A DNA stretch of 64,000 nucleotides from Ministeria vibrans ATCC 50519. Taxonomy: Eukaryota > Protista > Filasterea. Under the pieces are notes generated by a model. That model was not told where the DNA came from, did no database searches, and saw nothing but the letters and a program-made list of their open reading frames with translations. The stretch spans positions 55,460-119,459 of the forward strand of contig CALSCP010001725.1 in NCBI GenBank assembly GCA_943704425.1, in the 5' to 3' direction. A program made the position numbers and the translations under genes. Positions 13,739 to 25,600 of this stretch are shown here, in pieces (position 1 is the stretch's first letter; each line of letters opens with the position of its first letter).

Positions 13739-15466
13739 CTACTTCTTCAACGATCGCATGTTGAAACTCTTAGGGCGCGTGAGAGCGTCGTAGCCGAGCT
13801 TGCTCAGGGAGCAGCCACGGCCGCTGTCCTTGATACCAACCCAGGGCAAGGAGGGCGCCAGATAGTCGCACTTGTTGGCAAACCAGGTACCCGTGTCAAT
13901 GCGGTCGCCAATGGCGGCAGCGGCGGCATCGTCGCGCGTGCACACAATCGCCGTCAGTCCAAAGTCACTGTCGTTCATCAGAGCAATTGCTTCTTCGTCA
14001 CTCGACACCTACAATACAAAAAGAGAAAAAGAAGAAGAAGAAGAACGAGGACACGTTCAAAGAAGGGTCTGTTTTTGTCTCTGTGCGCTGTCTTTCTGAC
14101 CTTCATAATGCCAATGACAGGTCCAAAGCTCTCTTCGGTCATGACAGTCATGGAATGGTCCACATTGACCAGCACCTGAGGCGCAAGATACGGCGTACCC
14201 TCCTAAACCAAAGAGACGCGTCAGTGTGACGCACGCAATTACATCTACTCTCTTTGTGGCCTACCTTGTCGGCGGCAAAGAAGCCGGGCTCAATGAGGGC
14301 CGAAGCGCCCTTGGCAAGGGCGTCCTTGATCTGGTCGCGGACGACATTGGCTGCACTCGTGCGCACACACGGCCCAAGGTTGATCTGCGGGTCGAGCGCC
14401 GACCCGAAACGGTACTGCTTGACGTGCTCGACGAAGGCGGCAACAAATGCATCGTAGACGCTCTCGTGAACATAAATGCGCTCGACGGCACAACAGCACT
14501 GTCCCGAGTTGAAAAAGCTGCCGTCCACCAGCATCTCTGCGGCCTCGGCGACGTCTGCGTCACCGCGCACATACGCTGGGTCCTTGCCGCCCAGTTCCAG
14601 TGCCACCCCAATGAACCGTCGTGCGGCCGCCGTCTGGATCTGACGCCCACCACCCACGCTTCCCGTGAACACCACATGGTCGACACCGCCCTTGTCGCCA
14701 ATCGCATGCTCCGTCGTCCCGTGCGACATGTGCACCGCCTGGAACACTCCATCCGGCAGTCCCGCAGCAGCAAACGCCTCCGCAAATCGCTCGGCGCACA
14801 GCGGCGTGGCAGAGGACTACGCAAAGACAAAGATTGATATACGCAAAGAGTGTCAAGGAGACGGTGCGAACCGAACCTGCTTGAGCAAGAGGGCATTTCC
14901 AGCCATAATCGCAGGCACAACACTGTTGACGGCCGTCAGCAGGGGATAGTTCCACGCCGCAATAGTCAGTACGACACCAAGGGGAACTCGACGAATAAAG
15001 CGCTCGTAACCCTCAAGAGGGTCCGCTGGGGTGTCGGCGAGTGCCTGAGAGAGAGAAAAGTTGATATACACCATTGAGAACAGATTGTTTGTTTTCACTT
15101 TCCCACCGTTTACCTCCTGTGCGATTCCAATCATGTAGTTGGCACGCTCGGCAAAGCCCCGCAGCTCGCCGGGCGTCTGGGCAATCGGGCGGCCCATTTG
15201 CATGGTGATCTCGCGAGCAATCTCGTCCGTTCGCGAACACAACGCGTCGACAAACGCACGACAGATTGTCGCACGTTCCTCCATTGTCGTTGTCTGCCAG
15301 CTCTTTTGTGCCGCACGGGCCTTGGCAATCATGGCATCCACCTCTTGGTCGGTCGAGAGCGTTCGCTCGCACACGACGCTTCCGTCAACGGGTGATACAA
15401 CGCGAAGCTGCACACAAACGAGTTATTATTTCAGCTCCCCGCCATTCTATCTTCAATTGTTACCAT
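13739..15466 (-). CDS. NAD(P)-dependent aldehyde dehydrogenase, multi-exon
   Basis: AAWNYP, FTGSVGGG, LELGGKDP, catalytic Cys in FFNSGQCCCA, EESFGP and GIKDSGRG. The ATG at 15464-15466 is followed directly by an intron (15408-15463). Confidence 0.93.
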
Positions 15467-15756
15467 GAGTTAATAACAGTCAACAAAGTTGAATAGGTGC
15501 GAGTGAAGCAACAAATGAAAATAAGAAAAAAATAATTATTAGACGAAAATTAGACTTGATCATCAATCAAGAGCTGTACTCAAAATAATTGATTTAGAAC
15601 TAATAATTACTAAAGAAGTTACAAGCTTATGAAATACTCGAATCTGAAAGAAGAAAGAAAGTGAAAGTGACGAAGACAAATAATAATAGTTCAGGCGTTG
15701 TCGCGTTGGCACTAGATAAACTCTATATAATATACAAAAGCCGTGAAATATTTACT

Positions 15757-16650
15757 TTACACATTTTTAAGCTCGGCGCGTTTCGACTTGGTCTTGGACA
15801 CCCACTTTTCCCTGACGTGTGCGATGGTTTCGTTCTTCTTCTTGATCTTGGACCGTCGCTTGGCACTCTTCCCTCCACCCCCTGCCGTCATTTCCACGTT
15901 GATTTTTCGTCCATCAACGGACTGGTGGTGATATAACAACGCTTTCTGTAGAAAAAGAGAGTTGAGAAGGACAGGGACACAGACACACTCAAACACATAC
16001 ACACATACACACACGCCACATATATATATATATATAATACACACACATACACACATATACACATACACACAAGACTCTACCTGCATTGACTGAGATGAGT
16101 TGTACTCGACAAAGGCACAGCCTCTGGGCTTGCCCGTCTCTTTGTTCGTGAGCACGCGTACGTTTTGTGGGTCTACAAGGAGCGTTTGCATCGTTGCGTC
16201 CTACACTCAATTCAACCTACCGCATTTCTGAAAAAACGTCTTGATGGCCTCTGCGTCAAAGGTGAACGGAAGATTCCCGACAAACGTAATGTAGCGAGCT
16301 GATGTTGATGCTGGCGATGCGGCTGCCGTCTGCTCCGCGGGTGCGTTCGTCGTGGGCGCATCGTCGCTCTTCGCGTCGACGTCGTCCGCCTCCTGCGATG
16401 CACTTGTCGTCTTCTTGCGAGCAGGGCCTTTGCCTTTCCCTTTCGCATCGCCACTAGCGCTCGGAGACTTCTTGAACCGCTTGCGGCTGTCATCCGAGTG
16501 CCCCTTGTCGGCGGAGTCGCGTGGACGTTTTGAGTTTTGGAATGACTTTCGCCGGTCGACGCGTGTTTCACTCTTGGCCGTTGCTGCTGCTGGAGTCTTC
16601 TTCTCCACAACTGGTGGAGGCAGTCGTTGTGTGAACCCGCGATTGGACAT
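15757..16650 (-). CDS. NOP6: Nucleolar RRM protein, Nop6-like
   Basis: Basic low-complexity N-terminus, RNP2 FVGNLPF, RNP1 RGCAFVEY, and C-terminal GRKINVEMTAGGGGKS..R..KIKKKN characteristic of Nop6. Confidence 0.8.
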
Positions 16651-16819
16651 GGTGCAAACGAGGGGAAACGAAATAGAGAGAAAAATGGTGTGAAAACTGT
16701 TCAAAAAATCAGAGAAATAGAATAAACAAAACACTTTCCAGTCGACAGGACTCTCAGTCTCTCACAGGAGAAGTCGAGAGCGGAGAGAAATTGGGCAGAC
16801 AAGTCAAAACTTGATCATT

Positions 16820-17915
16820 TTATTTATTTACATCTGCACGATGAATGCTCACAATGTGAAGACAAATCTGCAGCTTCTTATACCCTACAAGCAAGGCAAA
16901 CGTCGCTCAATAACCAATATTGTACGAATAATTATTAATGATTAACACTTACAAGCGTCCATCTCTTCCTTGGTGTCCGTCGCCAACACATACGTGCGGT
17001 CGGGCGTCGCAATGCTCAGCGCCCAAGCATACGTGTGGTGGTCCACCAGTTCCACCGACACTGCCTCCCCCATATCCACACACCCCAGCAGCTCCTTCTC
17101 CTGCAATGTTCATATATATACATATATATACGTTGTAGCTGCATGTAAAATATAATCTGTCTTTCCTACCGCATCCGATTTGAAGTACATCAGAATCCCA
17201 AGGCCGTCGTTCAGTTGACTACACAAAAAAAGCGCAGTGAGTTTTCCTCTCTCCATCAATCGTGTGTGCAGATACGTTTTGGTCATTTCGCGCTTGTAAA
17301 GGGACATGAGCACAGCCTTTGGGATAGGAGAATTGCGCAGGACAAACCAGCGGCGCTTCCATGCCTTGGAACCGGCAACGGACGTCCCACCACCCTTCTT
17401 CCTCATGTACCCCGACTGCCCGCACGCCGCAAAGCGCGCCTCCACAGGCCCATTCAGCAGTGCCAGCTCTTCACTTGTCAACACTGCATTCTCCATCATT
17501 GTGTTCATGCTCGCACGTGGTGAGCCCACCACTGTCAAAACGCTCTCGCGCTGCACTTGGGCCTCGCGCGAGTGCGCCGACGCCGATTCACTCCGTTCCC
17601 TCCGTGACTCCTCTACCGCACTCGCAGCAGCAGCAGCCGCAGCTGTCGCATTGACCACATCGTCAGTGTCATCTTCATTCACCTGCTCCAGCCCATATCG
17701 CACTCGCTCCGACCCGACCACACCACCACCACCCGCATCAAACACAGCCGAGGATGATGACGGCGACGCCGGTGGCAATCCAAGTACACCCTGTGGCGTG
17801 TCACCACCGACGTGACCATTGGCACTCTGCTCTCCTCGCGCCGCCCCTTCCACCTCCACATCATCGTCATCGTCGTCATCGTCGTCGTCATCCCGATCAT
17901 GTCCCATTTCAAATT
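16820..17915 (-). CDS. Acidic linker + PH domain; apparently the in-frame C-terminal extension of IFT88
   Basis: Exons read GYMRKKGGG....KAWKRRWFVL / ILMYFKS / ELLGCVDM...LSIATPDRTYVLATDTKEEMDA / WYKKL...*, a complete PH fold including the conserved Trp. In frame with the last IFT88 exon. Confidence 0.75.
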
Positions 17916-17964
17916 CTTCATCAATTCCACCAAGTCGATTCCACACACACACACACACACTCAC

Positions 17965-20900
17965 TCACACGCACACACACAAATTCGTACGTTCGGCGGC
18001 GGGGGCTGCACCACCTGACGACAGTTCCTTTGCGCGCTCAATCTTTTGCAGCTCGGCCATGTACTCGCGCGCCTCAGGTAAACCCCGGTCGGTGCAGATG
18101 CGCACAAGAAAGCGCAGAGCCTCGACGTCATCGGGGAACGTACGATGGATGCGTTTGTATGCCTCAAACGCACTTTGATAGTTCCCGCTGCGACGGTAGC
18201 AGCTCGCCACCATCAGACGCCACTTCACTTCACGTGGCTCAAGCATCGCCGCTCTAAACTAGAAAGTGAGCAGTCTCGTTCGACTCTGATTGAATGTACC
18301 TTTCAAAGAACTGAATAGCCTGCTCGTATACCTCACAGTGAACATAGTAGGCACCAAGCCACGAAATGACGTCAAGGTTGCTGGGCAGCAAACGATACGA
18401 GTCGGTGTGGTACTGGAAGGCACTCGCATCGTCTCCTTGCCGGTCTGCAATGTTCCCAAGTCGCGCGAGCACATTTGCGTCGGAGGGACTCACACTCAGC
18501 AGTTTTTGATACCACTCGGAGGCGCGTGAAAGCTCGCCAAGTGCATCGTAGAGCGAGCCGATGTGGTACAGGACCTCGGGCGAACTGCGCAGGATGGCAT
18601 GGAGCTTGAGAAAACACTCAAGCGACTCTTCCAGTCGACCAGCCCGCTTGAACACCAGTCCCAAATTGAACAACGCTTCAGTACACGAGCTCTCTACATT
18701 CAGTGCCTCTATAACCAAACCAAAACAAATCCAAGTAAGTTGCAAAGGATGCCGATTGATCGAGCAAGAAAAAGAAAGAAAGTTCAAAGAAAGAAAAAAA
18801 AACACGCTTATAACCTTGAAAGTAGTCACGTGCGCGTTGGAGATCGCCCATGCGAAAGAGACAGTTTCCTTTGTTGACCAGCGCGCCCGCATTGTAACGA
18901 TCGCTCATTACTGCCTTATCTGCGTACTTCTCAGCCTGTATGCACAAATTCAAGAAAGAGAGAGAGAGAGAGAGAATCAGGAGTTTAAACATTGGAAATA
19001 ATAATAAAATAATATTATTATAATTATCAATAATTAGTGTCAAATGAGAGAAACGAAACGCACTTCGATATTATAATGATATGATTGTGTTAATTTCGCT
19101 GTATACCTGAGTTGTTTCACCTTCGAGAAAGTAGAGAAAAGCCAAATTGGTCGCAGCAGTACTGTTCATGTTTGTATCGGTCTTCTCAAAGGCCTTGAGG
19201 GTCTCAGTGGCGCGTTGGAAATCCCGTTGGCGCAACAGATAGTCCATTGCCTTTGTGATTTGAAGTTCGCTTGCGAGTGAGGTGTACGTTGACGCACGTA
19301 CACACTCAATACACCAGTCAAAGCCCATAGAAGGAGACGATGGCTGAACGATATATCGATCGCAAGAGAAAGAAAAAAGGAGAAAGAAACAAAGTGATCG
19401 AAGAGAAGAAGACGAAGAATTAGAAGAAGAAGAAAAACTAAGAGATAGATAGTGATAGAGAGAAACAACAAAAAAGAAATGTCCAGCGGTGCAAATCGAC
19501 AATATAATTATAATATTAATGCGCAATAGATTAATACACAAAACACACAAAACTCTCCTATAATAACATCACAAGTATTATTATGAATGTACCTCCAGCT
19601 GAGGCGCAATAAGCTTGGCCGCAATGGTAATGCGCTTTTCAGCCTCGGCAAGGCGCTCCTTGTGCATCTGAGCAAGCGGATCGTCTTTGAGTGCGTCGCG
19701 CGCGAGCACTTCGATCGCACTCTGTGCCACCCGCTTCGATTTCTTGTGCTTTGCGTCCCTCTGCTCCTGTGGTTGCTGTGATGCTATTAAGTCGCAATCG
19801 CTAGCACCAGCAGCACTAGTTGTAGCATCAGCACCTCCTGTCGCCGTAGTACTTTCGTCGAGAATGTCGTCAGTGCCATCGTCGAGTGCGACGCTGATTG
19901 AGACGAGTCGTTTGAAGTAGCGGCGCAGCATTTCACGACTGCCCATCGCATGCGCACACAGCACAAGCGAGAAGGCCGCTGTGGGGTCCTCCGTCTGCTC
20001 AAGGACCCCTTCAAAGGCGGTCACTGCGTCCTGATACTGTCCCAGACGCACAAATGCCAGTCCAATGTTGCGCATGATCTTGAGACGAAGTGCGTTGAAG
20101 CGCTGCACGTCAATCTGGTCAAAGGCCATGCGGAACATCTTGATCGCTTGAGGGTACTTCTTTTGACGGAAGTAGATGTTGCCCATGTTGACGCGCAGTC
20201 GTCCGCCCGCACCAAAGTTCTTGTCCTTGACAATCGAGTCGTAGGTGCTCAGTGCCTCGCTCCACATCCCCTGCGTCTCGTACTGCTCCGCCAAGTTGAA
20301 CAACACTGCGTACGTGAGATCCAAGTTGATTTGGTCGTTCAATTGATTCTGCGTTCGCTTCTTGGTAAGCAAACGTTCGCGTCGCGACGCCTCCTTGGCC
20401 TTGTCAAGTGCTTGGGTGAGTGCGCCCGACTCGCGATCAATGGTACTCTCCTCTACCAGTCGATGGACGTCGCGCTCAATCTCTAGCAACTCTTCGTCGA
20501 GCGACTTCTCCACCGACTTGCCCGACTTGACCGACGCATTCACGCCTCCAATGGCTGTGTCACTCAATGTCGCCGTGCCTGTTTGCGCCTGCCGCCCTGC
20601 ACTCGTGAACCCCGCCCCGCGCACCGACGTCATGGGCCGCTTGGAGTCCGCTCCGCCCGACGCCACGTTTACTCCGGTTGTGAGGCGTCCCATCGAGGTG
20701 GGGCCGCGCAATGGTGCGACCTGGGCGGGTGCCTAGAGAGGAAAAAAAAACCCGAGTGTTGTGTTGTTGTTGCTAAGTGTCGATGAAAATGAATCGCATA
20801 CCTGTTGTCCGCGCATGCCATAGCCTGTTTTGATAGCCTTTTGAAAACCCTCATCAAAGTCCAGGTCCTACCAACAAAGCACGGGGCGGGGTTGCGCATG

Positions 20901-21047
20901 AGAAGAGAGAGAGAAGAGGATTTTGAAAGTTTTTTCTTAATGTTAATATTTGTATTTTTCGTTGCTCCCTCTGTCACTTACTGCATAGTCAAACCCGTCG
21001 TTTTTATTGTTGAATCCATTGTAGATGTCATCATCTGCAGTGGTCAT
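17965..21047 (-). CDS. IFT88: Intraflagellar transport protein 88 (TPR, IFT-B)
   Basis: Start MTTADDDIYNGFN; RPMTSVRGAGFTS, NLDLTYAVLFNLA, GRLRVNMGNIYF.QKKY.QAIK.FRMA.DQI, FDWC, AATNL.FLYFLE, DRYNA.ALVNKGN, EALFNLGL and VKW.LMVASCYRRSGNYQ.A. Confidence 0.95.
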
Positions 21048-21062
21048 CGCGGCAGAGAGAAG

Positions 21063-21069
21063 TGACAAC
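21063..21069 (-). promoter_or_regulatory. Candidate RFX half-site GTTGTCA just upstream of IFT88 ATG
   Basis: TGACAAC on + strand, about 15 nt upstream of the IFT88 start; matches the RFX half-site GTTGYCA. Confidence 0.4.
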
Positions 21070-21279
21070 AATCAACAGATTAACAGTCAGAAACGTAAAT
21101 GAATTGATTCAAAAATATAATAGTAATAATAAATATTTTTACGGCTCTCTGATCTGATACTGTACTAATTGATCGACTTCATACTTGCGTGAGTGGCTGG
21201 CGACCTGGACATTTACGTCTCTTAGTAGATCCTTTGTAAGCTTCAGTTTTGTTTTAGTTTTTCTAATCATTTTTTCAGC

Positions 21280-21294
21280 GTTGCTATTGACAAC
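21280..21294 (+). promoter_or_regulatory. Candidate RFX X-box GTTGCT-ATT-GACAAC
   Basis: Near-palindromic match to GTNRCY-N(0-3)-RRNAAC, immediately before the WDR78 ATG in the shared IFT88/WDR78 spacer. Confidence 0.5.
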
Positions 21295-21295
21295 C

Positions 21296-24200
21296 ATGTC
21301 TCATTTGGTACCACCAAACGCTTTTGGCTCGAACTCGGCTGCGCTGCCGTCGGGCCAGAGGCGCAGTCGCTTTGTGTCGTCAGTTGGTCGTGGGAGCGGT
21401 ACGGGTGGCGGCGGCAGTGGCTCGCGTTACAGCAAAAAGAGCGCGTCAAACCCATCGATTTCTGGAGGAGTCGTCGAGCGCACTCCCATTGTTGTTCTCG
21501 ATGACCAGGGTCGCGACGTGACCCCTCGATCGCTCTTGCCACGGCCCACAGCAGAGGCGCAGGCCGGCATGAGCACTTCCACGGCCAACGCGCAGACATC
21601 GGTTGCCAAGTTTTTCGGCTCGCACTATTTATCCTCGTCGACGGCCGCCATCGACAGCATTGGCGAGGCCATGCGAGCCTCGACGACCATACAAAGCGGG
21701 GTGGGTAGCGCCGGTGGCGCTGCTGATCTCTTTTCGAGCGCTGTAGGTTTTGGCCAGTCGGTATTTGCCGCTTCACAGTATGGCGGCAGTCAGCACAGCG
21801 GCCTTGGTGAGGGCGGTCTGACCGACGCAACGACGCTGGCACGCTCGTCGACACTGCATCGCAGTCGCTACAAAGCCGAAGACGAACAACAGCCATTCTC
21901 GCTCGGAGGTGTATCTAGTGGCGTAGGGCTAGCGGATGGTGGGCGGGGCACGAGCGGCGGCATTGGCGGCGTGCTGACGACGCACGACGATGAGAGTGAC
22001 AACGTGTATGAGACGCTGGTGCTGACGAACTCCGAGCTTGATCAAATGCACGACATTGTACTGAGCGAGACGTCCACTATGGTACTCTTTGATCAGCCTA
22101 GTGTCTGTGTCGAGGAGGGCAGCAAAGAGCACGAGCGAGCCGTGGCGCGCCTCCAAGAGTACGCGCGTCAAAAACAGCAGCGTGACCCCGACAGGTTTGT
22201 CTCGCGCGCCGCGCAGACCTTTAACGAACCGGTCAAGCACAAAGAGGTACAAATGACGGCGGTGGCGCGCAGAGATGCAGCTGTGGGCACGACAACGTCG
22301 GATATTCACGATGCGATGGAAACGCAGCGCAAGACAGTGGGCACTGGTCAGTCGTCGTTTTCGTTGGTCGACCGTCGTGCCGAGACTCTCCGGGTGTCGC
22401 AGATGGACGAGGCACGCGCGCAGGCAAAAGAAGACCTGGAGGCACGACAGACGGAGCTGAAGAAGAAGGCGCTTGCGGCCCAATTAATGGTGTTTAGCGA
22501 AGAAGAGCAGAGGAAGCGCGAGGATGTCGAACGAACGCGATTTCGGTTGGAGGAGATGGAGCGCACGACAAATGTGGTGGAGGGTTTGCGAGCGATCGAG
22601 CGGATTTTGGTGCAGGAGGAGTACCACGACAAAGTGGTGTTGTACCGCGACGGGAGACGCGATTCGGAGTCAAAGCTGCAGGAGACATTGGAGCCGGTTG
22701 GAGACGAACCGTCGTCGAAAGCGGAGGTGGAGGAGGCAGAGGTGCTGTGGCGGTTCTATGATGAAGAGGTGACGGGAGGACGTCGTGTGAGCGCAATTGA
22801 GTTTCATCGGGAGAGGACAGAGTTGGTTGCAATTGGGTATGGACAACGAGAGGACGGGAGGGCGGATGAGTCGGGCCTGGTGTGCTGTTGGAGCGTGACA
22901 AATCCGGCGGGGCCCGAACGAGTGTGTGCGACACGGAGTGCGGTGAGTGCAATTGGAATGATGCGCAAGGGCACACTCGTGGCGTGCGGGCTGGTGGATG
23001 GGACAGTGGTGGTACTGGATGTGGGCGGAACCAAAGGGGTGGTGGTGGTGGTGGACACGGGACGGACGGGTGAGGTGGAGGGAGGCGATGCGGTGCGGCA
23101 CACGGAGAGTGTGTGGGGAGTAGAGTGGCGCGACGATCAATCATGGAAAGGGGAGAACAGCGGACGGCACAAACATCATCACCATGTGCATTCGGAAAGT
23201 AACTTGACGGAAGGGGCAGCGGCTACCGGGTCGAGTGCCGTGCTGGTGAGTGTGGGTGGGGATGGACGGGTGATTGAGTGGACGGTGCGCGGACCGGGTG
23301 TCGTTGAGAGTCGCCTGGTGATGCAACTGCCGCGAGTAGACGAGGGTGAGAGCGAGCGACAGAAGGCGGTGGGACGCGCAAAGCGAGAGGAAGAAGAAGA
23401 GCGCGCACGCAACGAAGGAAAGTTGAGGAGAAAGAAGAAAAAGAAGGGAAAGATGAGCGCAGGGGATCAGGATGAGTCGGGCGATGCGATGTCGACTGAG
23501 CGAATGCTGTCCGGTGCCATTGCGGGCCTCTGCGTGATTTTTGACGTTGATGAACAGTCGCTCAGTGGGAACAACGCACAACAACAGCAACAGCAACACC
23601 ATCACCATCACCACCACCAGCAGCAGCAATTGCAACAACAACAACAACAGTCATATCTGTACCGAGTGGGCACTGCAGATGGATTTGTGCACCTGTGCAG
23701 TTCGGCCTACACCGAACGCAGCCTGTCTGTCTTCCGTGCTCATTCTGCATCCGTGACAGGAATCAGCGTAAACCCTTTTGCCTCCCACTTGTACGCCACA
23801 AGTTCAGTCGACTGGACCGTTCACGTCTGGGAGAGCTCGGCCACAGGCGCTGTCAATCTCAATAGCACCGATTCCGCGAGCGACACTCACTCAACGCCAT
23901 CCACTCGTCCTTTGCTCTCCGTCGAGTCACGCATCCACTCACCCGTCCGCTCTGTTCACTGGGCCCCCTTCTCCGCCACAGTTCTTGCTCTTCTCTACGA
24001 CAACGCCGTCGAACTATGGGATATCTCTCAAAGCAGGTTTAAAAACAAACAATGACAAGAAAATACTCGATCTCGAAATGACTGTTTTGTTCTGGGGTTT
24101 GCTTTTTTTACATAGTCTTGAGCCAATGGCGACTGTTCAACCCTCTGGGCCACCCCCCGCCATGTTCTCGTCACTGGCTTTCTCTCCATCGTCCACTACG

Positions 24201-24311
24201 CCGATTCTGCTTGTCGGTGATTGTGTCGGTCGTGTTTCCGTCTACTTGCTGTCGCGTTTGCGAGTCTCTTTAGGTTTGGGTTCTCGAGATATTGAAAAAG
24301 CCCTTCATTAA
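21296..24311 (+). CDS. DNAI4: Axonemal inner-arm dynein intermediate chain WDR78/IC138, 2 exons
   Basis: V.D..GRDVTPRSL, I.LSET.T..LF, AQTFN...KHKEVQ, ERI..Q..Y, LWRF, LVAIGYG, GLVCCWS..NP..PER, VGT.DG.VH.CS.AY.E and WD40 repeats. Confidence 0.85.
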
Positions 24312-24351
24312 TAGTTATAATACAAATAAAATAATTATACAACAATGCAAT

Positions 24352-24363
24352 AATAATAATATA

Positions 24364-24399
<36 letters not shown>

Positions 24400-24400
24400 G
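24352..24400. repeat. (AAT/ATT)n AT-rich microsatellite, intergenic
   Basis: Visible repeat. Confidence 0.85.
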
Positions 24401-24679
24401 TATTTGTAGTGTGAGTGACATAAGACCACAAGATTCATAACATTGTTACAAAATAAAAAGTAAGGAGGGACACTGAAAGGATGGGGGTGAAGGACTTAAG
24501 ATTAAGACTGAGCGAGTGGTAGTTGACTGCATTGATGCGCTTGTGCGCTATTGGAACGATACTCGTCAAAATATGTTTCATAATCGTTAATTTTTTCCCT
24601 CACATAAATAATAATAATATTATTAATAATTATTATTATTATTATAAAATCAATATAATTATTATTTTGTTACTGTGTT

Positions 24680-25569
24680 ATGGCGTCGCACCCAGGCCCC
24701 ACCGGCCTTGGCGATGACGACGACCAAGAGACGCGGCCGTCGCGAAGATCCAATTCGCCTGAAATTCGAGACATTCGAGTTCGCCTGTTCGACGTTGGAT
24801 CGCCTCCGCGCGACAGTGCCCTTACGGAGCCGCCCGAGGACTTCCCGCGCGCGCCAGTGGCATGCTCGCCCGCTTCGTCGTCGTCCACGTCGCGCCGCAT
24901 GGCCCGCGCGCGCCCGTCGCCGCTGCTGTTGCTCACAGACAGTTCGCCAGTTCAGTCGCTTTCGTCTGCGTCGGTCGCACAGTCCATTGCGACGCCCGCA
25001 CGGTCCACGCGCCACCACGTTGCGTTCATGCTAAACACGCACGAGAGCACCGGCAGCAGCAGCAGCAGCAGCGGCGGCAACAGCGCCTCCCTTGCGCGTG
25101 AGAGCCGCTCTGCCGCTGCCGATGACGACGACGCCGCCACCGCCCGCCTGACGCCCTCCGCCATGAAGCGCAGCACCTCTCTGGCCTCAACCCTCCAGCC
25201 GTCCACTCCCCTTCCTAAGTTTGCCGATCCTGGCACCGTCGGTCTTGATCCCAAGCGGGTATGTTTTATCGTTTTTGTATATCTCTATTCTGTTCGAGCA
25301 TCCCATTCGTTTTGATCATTGACTAATGTTATTATTTTTGTTTTTTTTTGTTAGATACAAACTGGCTGTGTTTTCAGCGACGAAGATGTCGATCACATTG
25401 CCGAGTTTTACTCCACAAAAGCCAACGTGGACGTACAACTGGGCAAGTTTATTGACGACCTGCGCACCACCTGTGACGCTCTTGTTGACGAATATCAACG
25501 CAAGAAGCGCAAAAGCTCCAATGCCGATCCTTCATCCACAGCAGCAGCATCAGCAGCAGCAGCAGCATC

Positions 25570-25600
<31 letters not shown>

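Noticed and set aside
17965-17967. In-frame TGA between IFT88 and the PH ORF as selenocysteine or readthrough
   Set aside because: It lies in a TG-repeat stretch after a good GT donor, so splicing or misassembly explains it better; no SECIS was identified.
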